Shown here: positions 30,258-38,957 of the stretch, piece after piece
How the letters are laid out: each line of letters opens with the position of its first letter
Numbering within the stretch: position 1 is the stretch's first letter
Origin: Chloroflexota bacterium
GTDB taxonomy: Bacteria > Chloroflexota > Anaerolineae > CG2-30-64-16
Length of the DNA: 52,081 nt
Reading direction: 5' to 3'
Assembly: GCA_037445695.1 (NCBI GenBank)
Contig: JBBIKA010000002.1
Coordinates: forward strand, 28,211-80,291
Position numbers and translations under genes: made by a program
The notes under the pieces: generated by a model
The model's input: the letters and a program-made list of their open reading frames with translations, nothing else
The model's database searches: none
What the model was told of the DNA's origin: nothing

Positions 30258-30779
30258 ATGCCCGAGGAGCTTCATCGGCATCGCCACAGACGACGGCGCT
30301 TTACGCTGCCGCCGTTCGTGAGGTCCTATTGGGTCGAGATGCTGATCGTGCTGGGCCTGGCGCTCGGCATCTTCTTGATCTTCGAGCGCATGCAGATCCG
30401 GGCTACGTTGTTGGCCTGGCTGCGGGGGGCGCTTGCCGCGGGCACGGGCACGGTGAACCGGCTCGCCGCCGGCCTGATCTACTTCTTTACCCACATCGGC
30501 CTCTCCGAGCTGATCGCGATTCCCCTGCTGGTCGTCGTGTTTTGGGCGCTGATCTGGCGCGTGCGCTGGCGCGTGCAGCACAATGCGGCTCTCACCGATC
30601 TGCATTGCCCGCGCTGCGGAGGCCACATCCAGCGCGTGCATCGGCACGCGACCGACCGCCTGATCAGCATCATCGTGCCGGTACGGCGCTATCATTGCAC
30701 CAATCGGGAATGCGGCTGGTCGGGCCTGCGGGTGTCCACGCGGACGCATCGGCCCCGTGCTCACGCCGCGCCGGAGTGA
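30258..30779 (+). CDS. Hypothetical membrane protein with C-terminal zinc-ribbon
   Basis: AAGAGGAAA RBS. Arg/His-rich N terminus, about three TM helices, then CPRCGG-x(24)-CTNRECGW. It lies 27 nt after nuoN and 10 nt before murE. Confidence 0.65.
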   Translation: MPEELHRHRHRRRRFTLPPFVRSYWVEMLIVLGLALGIFLIFERMQIRATLLAWLRGALAAGTGTVNRLAAGLIYFFTHIGLSELIAIPLLVVVFWALIWRVRWRVQHNAALTDLHCPRCGGHIQRVHRHATDRLISIIVPVRRYHCTNRECGWSGLRVSTRTHRPRAHAAPE

Positions 30780-30789
30780 GGCGCGGCCC

Positions 30790-32436
30790 ATGGAGCTTCG
30801 CCATCTGGTCGCGGGTTTGCCCCAGGTGCTTGCCGCCTGGGGCGCGACCGATCTTCCGATCACGCACATCACTGCCGACTCGCGCCAGGTTATCCCTGGC
30901 GCGCTTTTTGTGGCCTATCGCGGGGTGGCGGCGGACGGCCACCGCTTCATCGCCGATGCAGTGGCGCGCGGCGCGGCCGCGATCGTCGGCGAGCTGCCGC
31001 CGGCTGCGTTGCTCGTCAAGCCGCCGGCTTACATCCAGGTGCCCGATGGCCGCGCGGCCCTGGGATGGCTCTCTGCCGCGTGGCATGGCCACCCCAGCCG
31101 AACGATGACCCTGGTCGGCATCACCGGCACCGACGGCAAGACCACGACCGCCAATCTCCTCTTCAGCATCCTGCGCGCCGCAGGCCGCCGCGCCGGGATC
31201 ATCAGCACCGTGAACGCCGTGATCGGCGACCGGACCTACGACACCGGATTGCACACGACCACCCCCGACGCGACCGACATCCAGCGCTATCTCGCCGCGA
31301 TGCGCGCGGCCCACACCGAGGTCGCAGTGCTGGAAGTCACCTCGCATGGCCTGGCGCAACAACGCGTGGCGGGCTGCGCGTTCGACGTGGCGGTGATCAC
31401 CAACATCACCCACGAGCACCTGGACGCCCACGGCACCTTTGAGGCTTATCGCGAGGCCAAGGCCATGCTCTTTCGCAGCCTGGCGGACAGCCCGCGCAAG
31501 CCGGGTGTCGTCAAGACCGCGGTGCTGAATCGCGATGATCGTTCGTTTCCTTTTCTGGCCGCCATTCCGGCGGAACGGCAGGTCTGTTATGGAGTGACGG
31601 AGGAAAGCGCGGCGGCCCCGGCGGGCGCGCTCGCGCTGCGCGGCGCCCAGATCCGCCAGGCGCCGGCCGGCATGGAGTTCGATATCCTGTGCTCGCCGGC
31701 GGCCGGCGCGCCGGGAAGCCCGGAGGCTTTCCATGTGATCACGCCCCTGATCGGCGCGTTCAACGTGTACAACATCCTGGCGGCCGCGGCCGCCGCGCTG
31801 GCCCTGGGCATCGGTCCGGCGGCGATTCGGGCCGGCGTGGCGGCCATGGCCGGGGTGGCGGGCCGGATGGAACGCATCCATCGCGGCCAGCCGTTCACGG
31901 CCATCGTGGACTTTGCCCATACGCCGAACGCCTTGGCGCAGGCGCTGACGACCGCACGCACCTTGCTCGGCCCCGACGGCCGGCTGATCGCGGTCTTCGG
32001 TTCGGCGGGCCTGCGCGATCGCGCCAAACGCCGCCTGATGGGCGAAGTGGCAGCGCAACTGGCCGATTTCACCGTGATCACCGCCGAGGACCCGCGCACC
32101 GAAGACCTGGCCGCGATCATGGCCGAGACGGCCGCGGGGCTGGCGCGCGGCGGCGCGGCAGAAGGGGAAGCGTACGTGCGCATTCCCGATCGCCAGCGGG
32201 CCATCCTGTACGCGGTGCAGCGGGCGCGGCCCGGCGACGTGGTGATTGTGTGCGGCAAGGGCCACGAGCAGTCCATGTGCTTCGGCACGGTCGAGTATCC
32301 CTGGCGCGATCAGGACGCGCTGGCGTGGGCGCTGGATGCCCTGCACCGGCCGAGCGCCGCCGATCCGCCCTTCATCTTGCCGACGTGGTCGGCATCCGAT
32401 CCGGGGCCGGCGGATGAAAAGCCGCATTTGACGTAA
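30790..32436 (+). CDS. murE: UDP-N-acetylmuramoyl-L-alanyl-D-glutamate--2,6-diaminopimelate ligase (MurE family)
   Basis: ITADSRQV..GALFVA..G...DGHRF, GITGTDGKTTT and AHTPNAL motifs. The added amino acid (mDAP, Lys or Orn) cannot be assigned by eye. Confidence 0.88.
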   Translation: MELRHLVAGLPQVLAAWGATDLPITHITADSRQVIPGALFVAYRGVAADGHRFIADAVARGAAAIVGELPPAALLVKPPAYIQVPDGRAALGWLSAAWHGHPSRTMTLVGITGTDGKTTTANLLFSILRAAGRRAGIISTVNAVIGDRTYDTGLHTTTPDATDIQRYLAAMRAAHTEVAVLEVTSHGLAQQRVAGCAFDVAVITNITHEHLDAHGTFEAYREAKAMLFRSLADSPRKPGVVKTAVLNRDDRSFPFLAAIPAERQVCYGVTEESAAAPAGALALRGAQIRQAPAGMEFDILCSPAAGAPGSPEAFHVITPLIGAFNVYNILAAAAAALALGIGPAAIRAGVAAMAGVAGRMERIHRGQPFTAIVDFAHTPNALAQALTTARTLLGPDGRLIAVFGSAGLRDRAKRRLMGEVAAQLADFTVITAEDPRTEDLAAIMAETAAGLARGGAAEGEAYVRIPDRQRAILYAVQRARPGDVVIVCGKGHEQSMCFGTVEYPWRDQDALAWALDALHRPSAADPPFILPTWSASDPGPADEKPHLT

Positions 32437-32455
32437 AATTGCTTTCGAATATAAT
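32428..32455 (+). promoter_or_regulatory. Sigma-70-type promoter upstream of the L,D-transpeptidase gene
   Basis: TTGACG (32428-32433), 16-nt spacer, TATAAT (32450-32455). It overlaps the murE stop. Confidence 0.5.
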
Positions 32456-32547
32456 ATAGACACTGATCGCCGTGCCTGTGTAACTCTACGTTGTGGAGGA
32501 ATCTGCCACGCCCGAAGAGCCGACCTGCATTTGCGACGGAGGCGTCC

Positions 32548-33222
32548 ATGAGCTATCTGCGCGCTCTTTTGGGGCTGATTGTCATAGGGGTTCTGCTGGC
32601 TGCGCCAGCCGCTTCGGCATCCCCCGAACAGGGGACCTATGTCGTCCGGCCGGGCGACACGCTTGCCAAGATCGCGGCCGCGCACGGCGTCTCGCTGCAG
32701 GCGCTCATTCGCGCCAATAACATCACCAATCCGGACTACATCCGTTCGGGCCAGGTGTTGGTGATTCCCGGCGCCTCAACCTCAAGTTCGGCCCTCGGGG
32801 CACCGAGCGCGGCGCCGCCGCCCGTACCGGTGCCGGCGGGCGGCACGGGATTCGTCGTGAGCGTCTCGCGGCAACGTTGCTATCTGTTCCAGGCCGGGAC
32901 ATTGACCGATGTGTGGCCCTGCTCGACGGCGCGGGCCGGTTATTACACCCGCCTCGGCAACTTCCGGGTCCAGACGAAGCTTCCCAGGGCTTACGGCTCG
33001 CGCTGGGGCTTCTGGATGCCTTACTGGTTGGGCATTTATTATGTCGGCGGGTCGGAGAACGGCATCCACGGCCTGCCGTATGACGCCAAGACCGGCTACA
33101 AGGATTGGGCTAACAAGATCGGGACGCCCATCTCGTTCGGCTGCATCGTGTTGCACGATGCGGCTGCAAAGAAGTTGTATGAGGTAGCTTACATCGGCAT
33201 GCCGGTAAATATCCGCTACTAA
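32548..33222 (+). CDS. LysM-domain L,D-transpeptidase (YkuD family)
   Basis: ATG follows GGAGG. Signal peptide, LysM domain (YVVRPGDTLAKIAAAHGVSLQALIRANNI), then YkuD catalytic GIHG...SFGCIVL. Confidence 0.85.
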   Translation: MSYLRALLGLIVIGVLLAAPAASASPEQGTYVVRPGDTLAKIAAAHGVSLQALIRANNITNPDYIRSGQVLVIPGASTSSSALGAPSAAPPPVPVPAGGTGFVVSVSRQRCYLFQAGTLTDVWPCSTARAGYYTRLGNFRVQTKLPRAYGSRWGFWMPYWLGIYYVGGSENGIHGLPYDAKTGYKDWANKIGTPISFGCIVLHDAAAKKLYEVAYIGMPVNIRY

Positions 33223-33232
33223 CCTGAAAAAG

Positions 33233-33265
33233 ACGTGCCAGGCACTTCCAAAGTGCCTGGCACGT
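33233..33265. repeat. 33-bp perfect palindrome (family copy 2)
   Basis: acgtgccaggcactt-cca-aagtgcctggcacgt. The arms are identical to the copy at 20095-20129. Confidence 0.9.
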
Positions 33266-33325
33266 GAGCGCTCTCTATTCTTGCACATGGGTTACTGAGC
33301 GGATTCGGCCGTGAAGATCGTTCGG

Positions 33326-33362
33326 GAAGCGCCTGGTCAGATCGCCAGGCGCTTCTTCTTTG
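33326..33362 (+). terminator. Intrinsic terminator downstream of the L,D-transpeptidase gene
   Basis: gaagcgcctgg / tcagatcg / ccaggcgcttc followed by ttcttt. Confidence 0.7.
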
Positions 33363-33380
33363 GGCATGGTGGATTCGTCG

Positions 33381-33450
33381 TTCATTTCGCGTCATTTCGC
33401 GTTGTTTCGCGTTGTTTCGCGTTGTTTCGTGTCGTTTCGTGTCGTTTCGC
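33381..33450. repeat. Seven tandem 10-bp units (GTYRTTTCGY) abutting -10-like boxes
   Basis: ttcatttcgc gtcatttcgc gttgtttcgc gttgtttcgc gttgtttcgt gtcgtttcgt gtcgtttcgc, an exact 10-bp register. It is immediately followed by GATAAT (33451) and TATAAT (33459). Confidence 0.9.
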
Positions 33451-33520
33451 GATAATGGTATAATGTGGCCTGAGTCTCCGGCTCGCGCGAAGCCGCGAAT
33501 ATCTTGATCAGTACTCGACG

Positions 33521-35446
33521 ATGTCTCTATTAGTTGCAAACGGTCTGAGCAAAGCTTACGGCGCGCTCGACGTGTTCGGCGATCTCGACCTGCGGATCGA
33601 GGAGGGCGATCGCATCGGCATGGTCGGCCCGAACGGCGCGGGCAAAACCACCTTGTTGCGCATCCTGGCGGGGGCCGAAGCGCCGACCACCGGCCAGGTC
33701 GTCCGCAAGCGAGGCCTCACCGTGGGCTATTTGCCGCAAGATCCGCCGCCGGCCGCCGATCTCACCCTGCGCGAGGCGATGTTGGCGGTCTTTGCCGACC
33801 TGCGTGCCCGGGGCGAAGCGCTTGCCGCGTTGGAGCATCGGCTCGCGGCGGCGGCCGGCCGGGGCGATGACGGCTACGCCGCGCTGCTCGACGAATACGG
33901 CCAGGCGCAGATGGCCTTTGAGGCGGCCGGCGGCTATACTTACGAGACGCGCATCCGCCAGGTGTTGGGCGGCCTGGGCTTCAACGAGGATGAGCACGAC
34001 AAGCCGCTGGCGCACCTGAGCGGCGGCGAGCGCACGCGCGCGCTGTTGGCGCAACTGCTGCTCCAAGAGCCCGACCTGCTCCTCCTGGACGAACCGACGA
34101 ACCACCTGGATCTGGAGGCCGTCGAGTGGCTCGAAGAGATGCTGCTCCACTGGAAAGGCGCGCTGGTCGTCGTGGCCCACGATCGCTATTTCCTGGACAA
34201 AGTTGCCACGCGCATCTGGGAGGTCAACTTCGGCCGGCTCGCCGCCTATCGCGGCAACTACAGTGCCTACCATCTTCAGCGGGAGATGCGCCGGGAGCGC
34301 CAGCGTCGGGAGTGGGAGGAACAGCAGGAATTCATCGCCCAGACCGAGGAGTTCATCCGCCGCAACCTGGCCGGACAGCGCTCGAAGGAGGCGCAAGGCC
34401 GCCGCACGCGGCTGGAGCGCTTTTTGCGCGCAGAGGCCGTCGAACGCCCTGAGGAGGAGCGCAGCATCCGCCTGGGCCTGACCACGACGATCCGCTCGGG
34501 CGACCTGGTGCTGGCGACCAAAGACCTGGCCGTTGGCTACGACCGGCCCCTCTTCCGATGTCCAGACGTGGAGATCCGCCGCGGGGATCGGGTGGCGCTG
34601 ATCGGCCCGAACGGCGCGGGCAAGACGACCCTGCTCAAGACGATCCTGGGCCTGGTGCCGCCTATCTCCGGCAAGGTGCGCCTGGGCGCCAGCGTGCAGA
34701 TCGGCTACCTGGCCCAGGCGCAGGCCGGCCTCGATCCCGATCAGAGCGTGCTGGAGGCCGTGTTGGAGGTCAAGAACCTGCCGCTGACGCAGGCGCGCAG
34801 CTTTCTGGGCCAGTTTCTCTTCACGGGCGACGATGTGTTTCGCGAGATTCGCACCCTCAGCGGCGGACAGCGCAGCCGGGTGGCGCTGGCGCGGCTGACG
34901 TTGCAGGGCGCCAATTTTCTCTTGTTGGACGAGCCGACGAACCACCTGGACCTGGCATCGCAGGAGGTGTTGGAAGATGTGCTCGGCCGTTTCCCGGGCA
35001 CGATCCTGCTCGTGAGCCATGACCGCTATCTGGTGCAAGCGCTGGCCACGCACATCTGGCGGGTAGACGGCAACGAGCTGCGGATTTACAAGGGCAACTA
35101 CGAGGAATTCCTGCGTCAGCGCGCCGCCGAAGCCGAAGCCCAGGCTAAAACCGGGCCGGCCCTCGAGGCGCAGGTCGAAGCCGAGCGCCGGGCCGCGCAA
35201 GCGCGCGAGCGGGCCCGCGCCGAACGTCGGCAGCGCAAAGCGGCCGAGAAGTTGGCCGAACAGGCGGCCGCGCTGGAGACGCAGATCCACGCGCTCGAAG
35301 CCCATCTGGCCGGCCTGGCCGCGCAGATCGAGACGGCAAGCACGGCCGGCGACGTGGCCGCCATCCAGCGTCTGGGCCTGGCCTATCAGGAGGCCGAGAC
35401 AGAGCTCCATCGGCTGCTGGATGCCTGGGCCGAGGTGGTGGCATGA
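33521..35446 (+). CDS. ABC-F family ATPase (two ABC domains, no TM domain)
   Basis: Two Walker A motifs (GPNGAGKTT x2), two LSGG signatures, an inter-domain linker and a charged coiled C-terminal tail. Confidence 0.9.
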   Translation: MSLLVANGLSKAYGALDVFGDLDLRIEEGDRIGMVGPNGAGKTTLLRILAGAEAPTTGQVVRKRGLTVGYLPQDPPPAADLTLREAMLAVFADLRARGEALAALEHRLAAAAGRGDDGYAALLDEYGQAQMAFEAAGGYTYETRIRQVLGGLGFNEDEHDKPLAHLSGGERTRALLAQLLLQEPDLLLLDEPTNHLDLEAVEWLEEMLLHWKGALVVVAHDRYFLDKVATRIWEVNFGRLAAYRGNYSAYHLQREMRRERQRREWEEQQEFIAQTEEFIRRNLAGQRSKEAQGRRTRLERFLRAEAVERPEEERSIRLGLTTTIRSGDLVLATKDLAVGYDRPLFRCPDVEIRRGDRVALIGPNGAGKTTLLKTILGLVPPISGKVRLGASVQIGYLAQAQAGLDPDQSVLEAVLEVKNLPLTQARSFLGQFLFTGDDVFREIRTLSGGQRSRVALARLTLQGANFLLLDEPTNHLDLASQEVLEDVLGRFPGTILLVSHDRYLVQALATHIWRVDGNELRIYKGNYEEFLRQRAAEAEAQAKTGPALEAQVEAERRAAQARERARAERRQRKAAEKLAEQAAALETQIHALEAHLAGLAAQIETASTAGDVAAIQRLGLAYQEAETELHRLLDAWAEVVA

Positions 35447-36597
35447 TGGCCACGCGGCGGCCCCCGCGTGTCATCGGCCTGACCGGCGGCATCGGCTCGG
35501 GCAAGAGCACCGTGTTGGCCGGGCTGGTCGCGTTGGGCGCGGAGGGGATTGACGCCGATCGGGTGGCCCATGAGGTGATGGCGCCCAACGGCCCGGCTTA
35601 TGAGCGCATCGTGCAGGAGTTCGGCCGCGACATCCTGGCCGCCGACGGCCGCATAGATCGCGCGCGGCTCGGCCGGCTGGTCTTCGCGGAGCCGGCCGCG
35701 TTGGCGCGGCTGGAGGCCATCGTCCATCCGGCCGTCGGCGATGAGCTCGTCCGCCGTGTGGCCGCGGCGCAGGCGCCGGTCGTAGTCATCGAGGCGATCA
35801 AGCTGTTGGAGGCCGGGCTCGGCCGGCGGCTGTGCGACGAAGTGTGGGTGACGCGTTGCGCGCGGCGCCAACAGATCGCTCGCCTGCGGGCCGGCCGCGG
35901 CATGACCGAAGCGGAGGTGCGTCGGCGCCTGGCCTTGCAGATGCCCGTCCGCCGGATGGTGGCCCAGGCCGATCTGGTGATTGATACCGGCGGCACGCCG
36001 GCCGAGACGCACCTGCAGGTCGTGACGGCCTGGGTGCAGCGCGGCTTGCCGTTGCCGCCGCCGACCATACGGCCCGGCACCCTGGATGACGCCGATGGGA
36101 TCCGCACGGTGTTGAATTCGATCGTGCAGGAAGGCGGATTGACCGTGCTGGAGCGGGCCCGCACCGTAGCGCAGGAGCGCGCCTTCCTGGCCCGCTTGCC
36201 GGCCCGCAGTCGGCTTACGGTGGCGCAGATGGGCCATGCCGTGATCGGCTTTCAGATCATTGAGCCGTACACGCGCTATACGCGCACTATGGATCATGTG
36301 GCGCTGCTGGGCAGCTACGTGGCGGCCGGATGGCGGGGCCGCGGGGTGGGTCAGGCGCTGAGTCGGGATACCTTTGCGGCGGCGCGTGCGCTCGGCTTTC
36401 GCAAGCTAGTTGTCAGCGTGCGGGCCGATAATCTCGCCGCGCAGCGCTTTTACGAGCGTTTGGGCTTCAGGCCGTGCGGCCGCCTCGCCGCGCAGGCGTT
36501 GGTAGACGGCCGCTATGTAGATGAGCTTCTGTATGAGCTTTTTCTGGACAGTTTGGCATCGAGCGAAGAAGAAATCCTGATGGGGAGCTGCATATGA
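35443..36597 (+). CDS. coaE: Dephospho-CoA kinase fused to a C-terminal GNAT acetyltransferase domain
   Basis: The N-terminal IGLTGGIGSGKST...VHPAV is CoaE. The C-terminal ~170 aa carry the GNAT motif WRGRGVGQAL..., ending FYERLGF. ATGA overlap with the ABC-F stop. Confidence 0.8.
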   Translation: MMATRRPPRVIGLTGGIGSGKSTVLAGLVALGAEGIDADRVAHEVMAPNGPAYERIVQEFGRDILAADGRIDRARLGRLVFAEPAALARLEAIVHPAVGDELVRRVAAAQAPVVVIEAIKLLEAGLGRRLCDEVWVTRCARRQQIARLRAGRGMTEAEVRRRLALQMPVRRMVAQADLVIDTGGTPAETHLQVVTAWVQRGLPLPPPTIRPGTLDDADGIRTVLNSIVQEGGLTVLERARTVAQERAFLARLPARSRLTVAQMGHAVIGFQIIEPYTRYTRTMDHVALLGSYVAAGWRGRGVGQALSRDTFAAARALGFRKLVVSVRADNLAAQRFYERLGFRPCGRLAAQALVDGRYVDELLYELFLDSLASSEEEILMGSCI

Positions 36598-36833
36598 CGC
36601 GCATTCGCAAGCTGTGGGAGGCGCATCCTAACCTCGTGTCGTGGGCCTTGCTGGCCGTCGGGATGGTGATCGTGGTGGTCCTCTCGGCGCGCGAGGTGGG
36701 CTTCAAGCCGGGACAATGGGCCGCGCTGATCGGCGCCACCATCGCCCTGGCGGGTCTGTGTGTGTGGATCATCAGTTGGGAAGATCACGACGAACCGCAG
36801 GAGCATACCTCACAGCCAACGGATAGTAAGTGA
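36594..36833 (+). CDS. Small membrane protein (79 aa, two TM helices)
   Basis: GGGGAG RBS. ATGA overlap with coaE and TGATG overlap with dnaJ. Two hydrophobic segments. Confidence 0.55.
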   Translation: MTRIRKLWEAHPNLVSWALLAVGMVIVVVLSAREVGFKPGQWAALIGATIALAGLCVWIISWEDHDEPQEHTSQPTDSK

Positions 36834-37972
36834 TGAGCAAACGCGATTATTATGAGGTCTTGGGGGTGCCGCGTGACGCCGACGAAACGGCGATCAAGAG
36901 CGCATACCGCAAGCTGGCGCGGCAATACCACCCGGATGTCAACAAATCGCCGGACGCCGAAGAACGCTTCAAGGAGATCAACGAAGCGTACGAGGTGCTC
37001 AGCGATCCGGAAAAACGCCGGGCCTATGATCGCTACGGCCATGCGGCTGCGCAAGGTGGCTTCGGCGCGGCCGGGCCGGCCACCGGCTTCGGCGGCATGG
37101 GCGGCTTCAGCGACCTCTTCGAGGAGTTCTTCGGCGGCTTCGGCGGCATGCGCAGCACCTCGCGCGGACCGGTGCGCGGGGACGATCTGCGCTACGATCT
37201 GGAGATCACGTTTCAGGAAGCGGTGTTCGGCGCCGAAAAGGAGATCGAGATCCCGCGGCTGGAGCGTTGTCCGGTGTGTCAGGGCAGTGGCGCCGAGCCC
37301 GGCACCAAGCCGATCCGCTGTCCGCAATGTCACGGTACGGGCGAGGTGCGTCGCGCCCAACAGACGATCCTGGGCCAGTTCGTGAGCGTGACGACCTGTC
37401 CGCGCTGCAACGGCGAAGGGGAAGTGGTCACTACGCCTTGCTCGCACTGTCGCGGCCAGAAGCGCGTGACCGTGTTGCGCAAGATCTCGGTGACGATCCC
37501 GCCCGGCGTAGACGACGGCATGCGCATTCGCCTGAGCGGCGAAGGAGAGCCCGGCGAGCGCGGGGGCCCGCCCGGCAGTCTCTACGTCTTTTTGCACGTG
37601 CAGCCGCATCCGCTGTTCCGGCGCCAGGACAACGATATCCTGTTGGAGCTGCCGATCAATATCGTGCAGGCAGCGTTGGGCTGCGAGCCGGAAGTGCCCA
37701 CCCTCGACGGCAAGATGAAGCTGACCATCCCGCCCGGCACGCAACACGGCACCGTGTTCCGCCTGCGCGGCAAAGGGGTGCCGATCCTGCGCACCAATCG
37801 CCGCGGGGATCAGCTCGTCACGGTGCGCGTGGTGGTGCCCGATAAGCTCAACGAGAAGCAACGCAAGCTGCTGCAGGAGCTGGGCGATACGTTGGGTTTG
37901 GATTGTCTGCAAAAGGACACCCGCAGCATCTTCGAGAAGTTCCTGGACGCGGTCGGCAATGCATTCGGTTGA
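36833..37972 (+). CDS. dnaJ: Molecular chaperone DnaJ
   Basis: J domain (DYYEVLGV...HPD), G/F-rich region and four CxxCxGxG zinc motifs. Confidence 0.93.
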   Translation: MSKRDYYEVLGVPRDADETAIKSAYRKLARQYHPDVNKSPDAEERFKEINEAYEVLSDPEKRRAYDRYGHAAAQGGFGAAGPATGFGGMGGFSDLFEEFFGGFGGMRSTSRGPVRGDDLRYDLEITFQEAVFGAEKEIEIPRLERCPVCQGSGAEPGTKPIRCPQCHGTGEVRRAQQTILGQFVSVTTCPRCNGEGEVVTTPCSHCRGQKRVTVLRKISVTIPPGVDDGMRIRLSGEGEPGERGGPPGSLYVFLHVQPHPLFRRQDNDILLELPINIVQAALGCEPEVPTLDGKMKLTIPPGTQHGTVFRLRGKGVPILRTNRRGDQLVTVRVVVPDKLNEKQRKLLQELGDTLGLDCLQKDTRSIFEKFLDAVGNAFG

Positions 37973-38930
37973 GATGGAGGCCAGGGCGCACGTGGATTGG
38001 ATCGAGATCAGTGTACAGGCCGACGGCGAAGCGGCCGAGGCGGTGAGCGAGCTGTTCAACCGCCTGAACAGCCGGCCCGACGGCCAGGGCGGCGCAGTGA
38101 CCGAGATCGCCGGCTTCGACCCGGTCGGCGAGGACCATCGGCCGGTGATCACCGTCAAGACTTACCTGCCGGCCGATGATCCCCAGGCCGCCGACCTCCA
38201 ACGGGAGATCGAGGAAGGCCTGTGGCATTTAGGGCGGCTCTATCCGCTCGGCGAGCCGCGCGTGCGGCGCCTGGCCGAGACCGACTGGGCAAATGCCTGG
38301 AAGGCCGGCTATCATCCGTTGCGCATCGGCCGGCGGCTGCTGGTCATTCCGGCGTGGGAACGCGAGCGGGTACGGCCCGGCCCAGGCGATCTGCCGATCT
38401 ACCTCGATCCGGGATTGGCGTTCGGCACGGGGCTACATCCGAGCACGCAGTTGTGCCTGCGCGCGCTGGAGGAGACGGTGCGGCCGGGCCTGCGGGTGCT
38501 CGACGCCGGCTGCGGCTCCGGCATCCTCAGCATCGCGGCCGCCCGGCTGGGTGCGAGCCATGTGGATGCCTTCGATATTGATCCCATTGCGGTGCGCGCC
38601 ACCGAGGAGAACTTCGCTCTCAACGATCGGCCGACATCGCTGCATGTCTTCGTCAGCGCCGGCCCCGATGAAAGCGCGTTCTGGCGGCCGGCCGATCGTC
38701 CGCGGCCGACGTGGGATGTGATCGTGATCAACATCCTCCCGCACGTGATCGTGACGTTGCTCGACGCGGGCATCCACACCTATCTGGCGCCGGTCGGCCG
38801 GCTGATCCTGGCGGGCATCATTACGGAGCGGGAAGGCGATGTGCGCGCGGCGCTGGCCGAACACGGGCTCAGCGTGGTGCAACGCCTGGTGGACGGCGAT
38901 TGGGTCGGGTTGGTGGTGGGTAGGGATTAG
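37959..38930 (+). CDS. prmA: Ribosomal protein L11 methyltransferase
   Basis: WIEISV start region, WANAWK and SAM motif [15 protein letters not shown]. An in-frame ATG at 37974 (1 nt after the dnaJ stop) is an alternative start. Confidence 0.85.
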   Translation: MHSVEMEARAHVDWIEISVQADGEAAEAVSELFNRLNSRPDGQGGAVTEIAGFDPVGEDHRPVITVKTYLPADDPQAADLQREIEEGLWHLGRLYPLGEPRVRRLAETDWANAWKAGYHPLRIGRRLLVIPAWERERVRPGPGDLPIYLDPGLAFGTGLHPSTQLCLRALEETVRPGLRVLDAGCGSGILSIAAARLGASHVDAFDIDPIAVRATEENFALNDRPTSLHVFVSAGPDESAFWRPADRPRPTWDVIVINILPHVIVTLLDAGIHTYLAPVGRLILAGIITEREGDVRAALAEHGLSVVQRLVDGDWVGLVVGRD

Positions 38931-38957
38931 GGATTGGGGATGGGGGATGGGTGGTGG
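38911..38957. repeat. Telomere-like G-tract motif (GGGATT / GGGGAT units) at the overlapping stops of prmA and the FemAB gene
   Basis: ggg ta ggg atta ggg att gggg at ggggg at ggg. The 16-mer gggattagggattggg (38923-38938) is the exact reverse complement of 46951-46966. Confidence 0.85.

Noticed and set aside
33381-33450. Tandem or inverted repeat arrays considered as CRISPR arrays (also 1855-1967 and 49469-49538).
   Set aside because: The units are 7-10 bp with no unique spacers of 25-40 bp, and no cas genes occur in the window.
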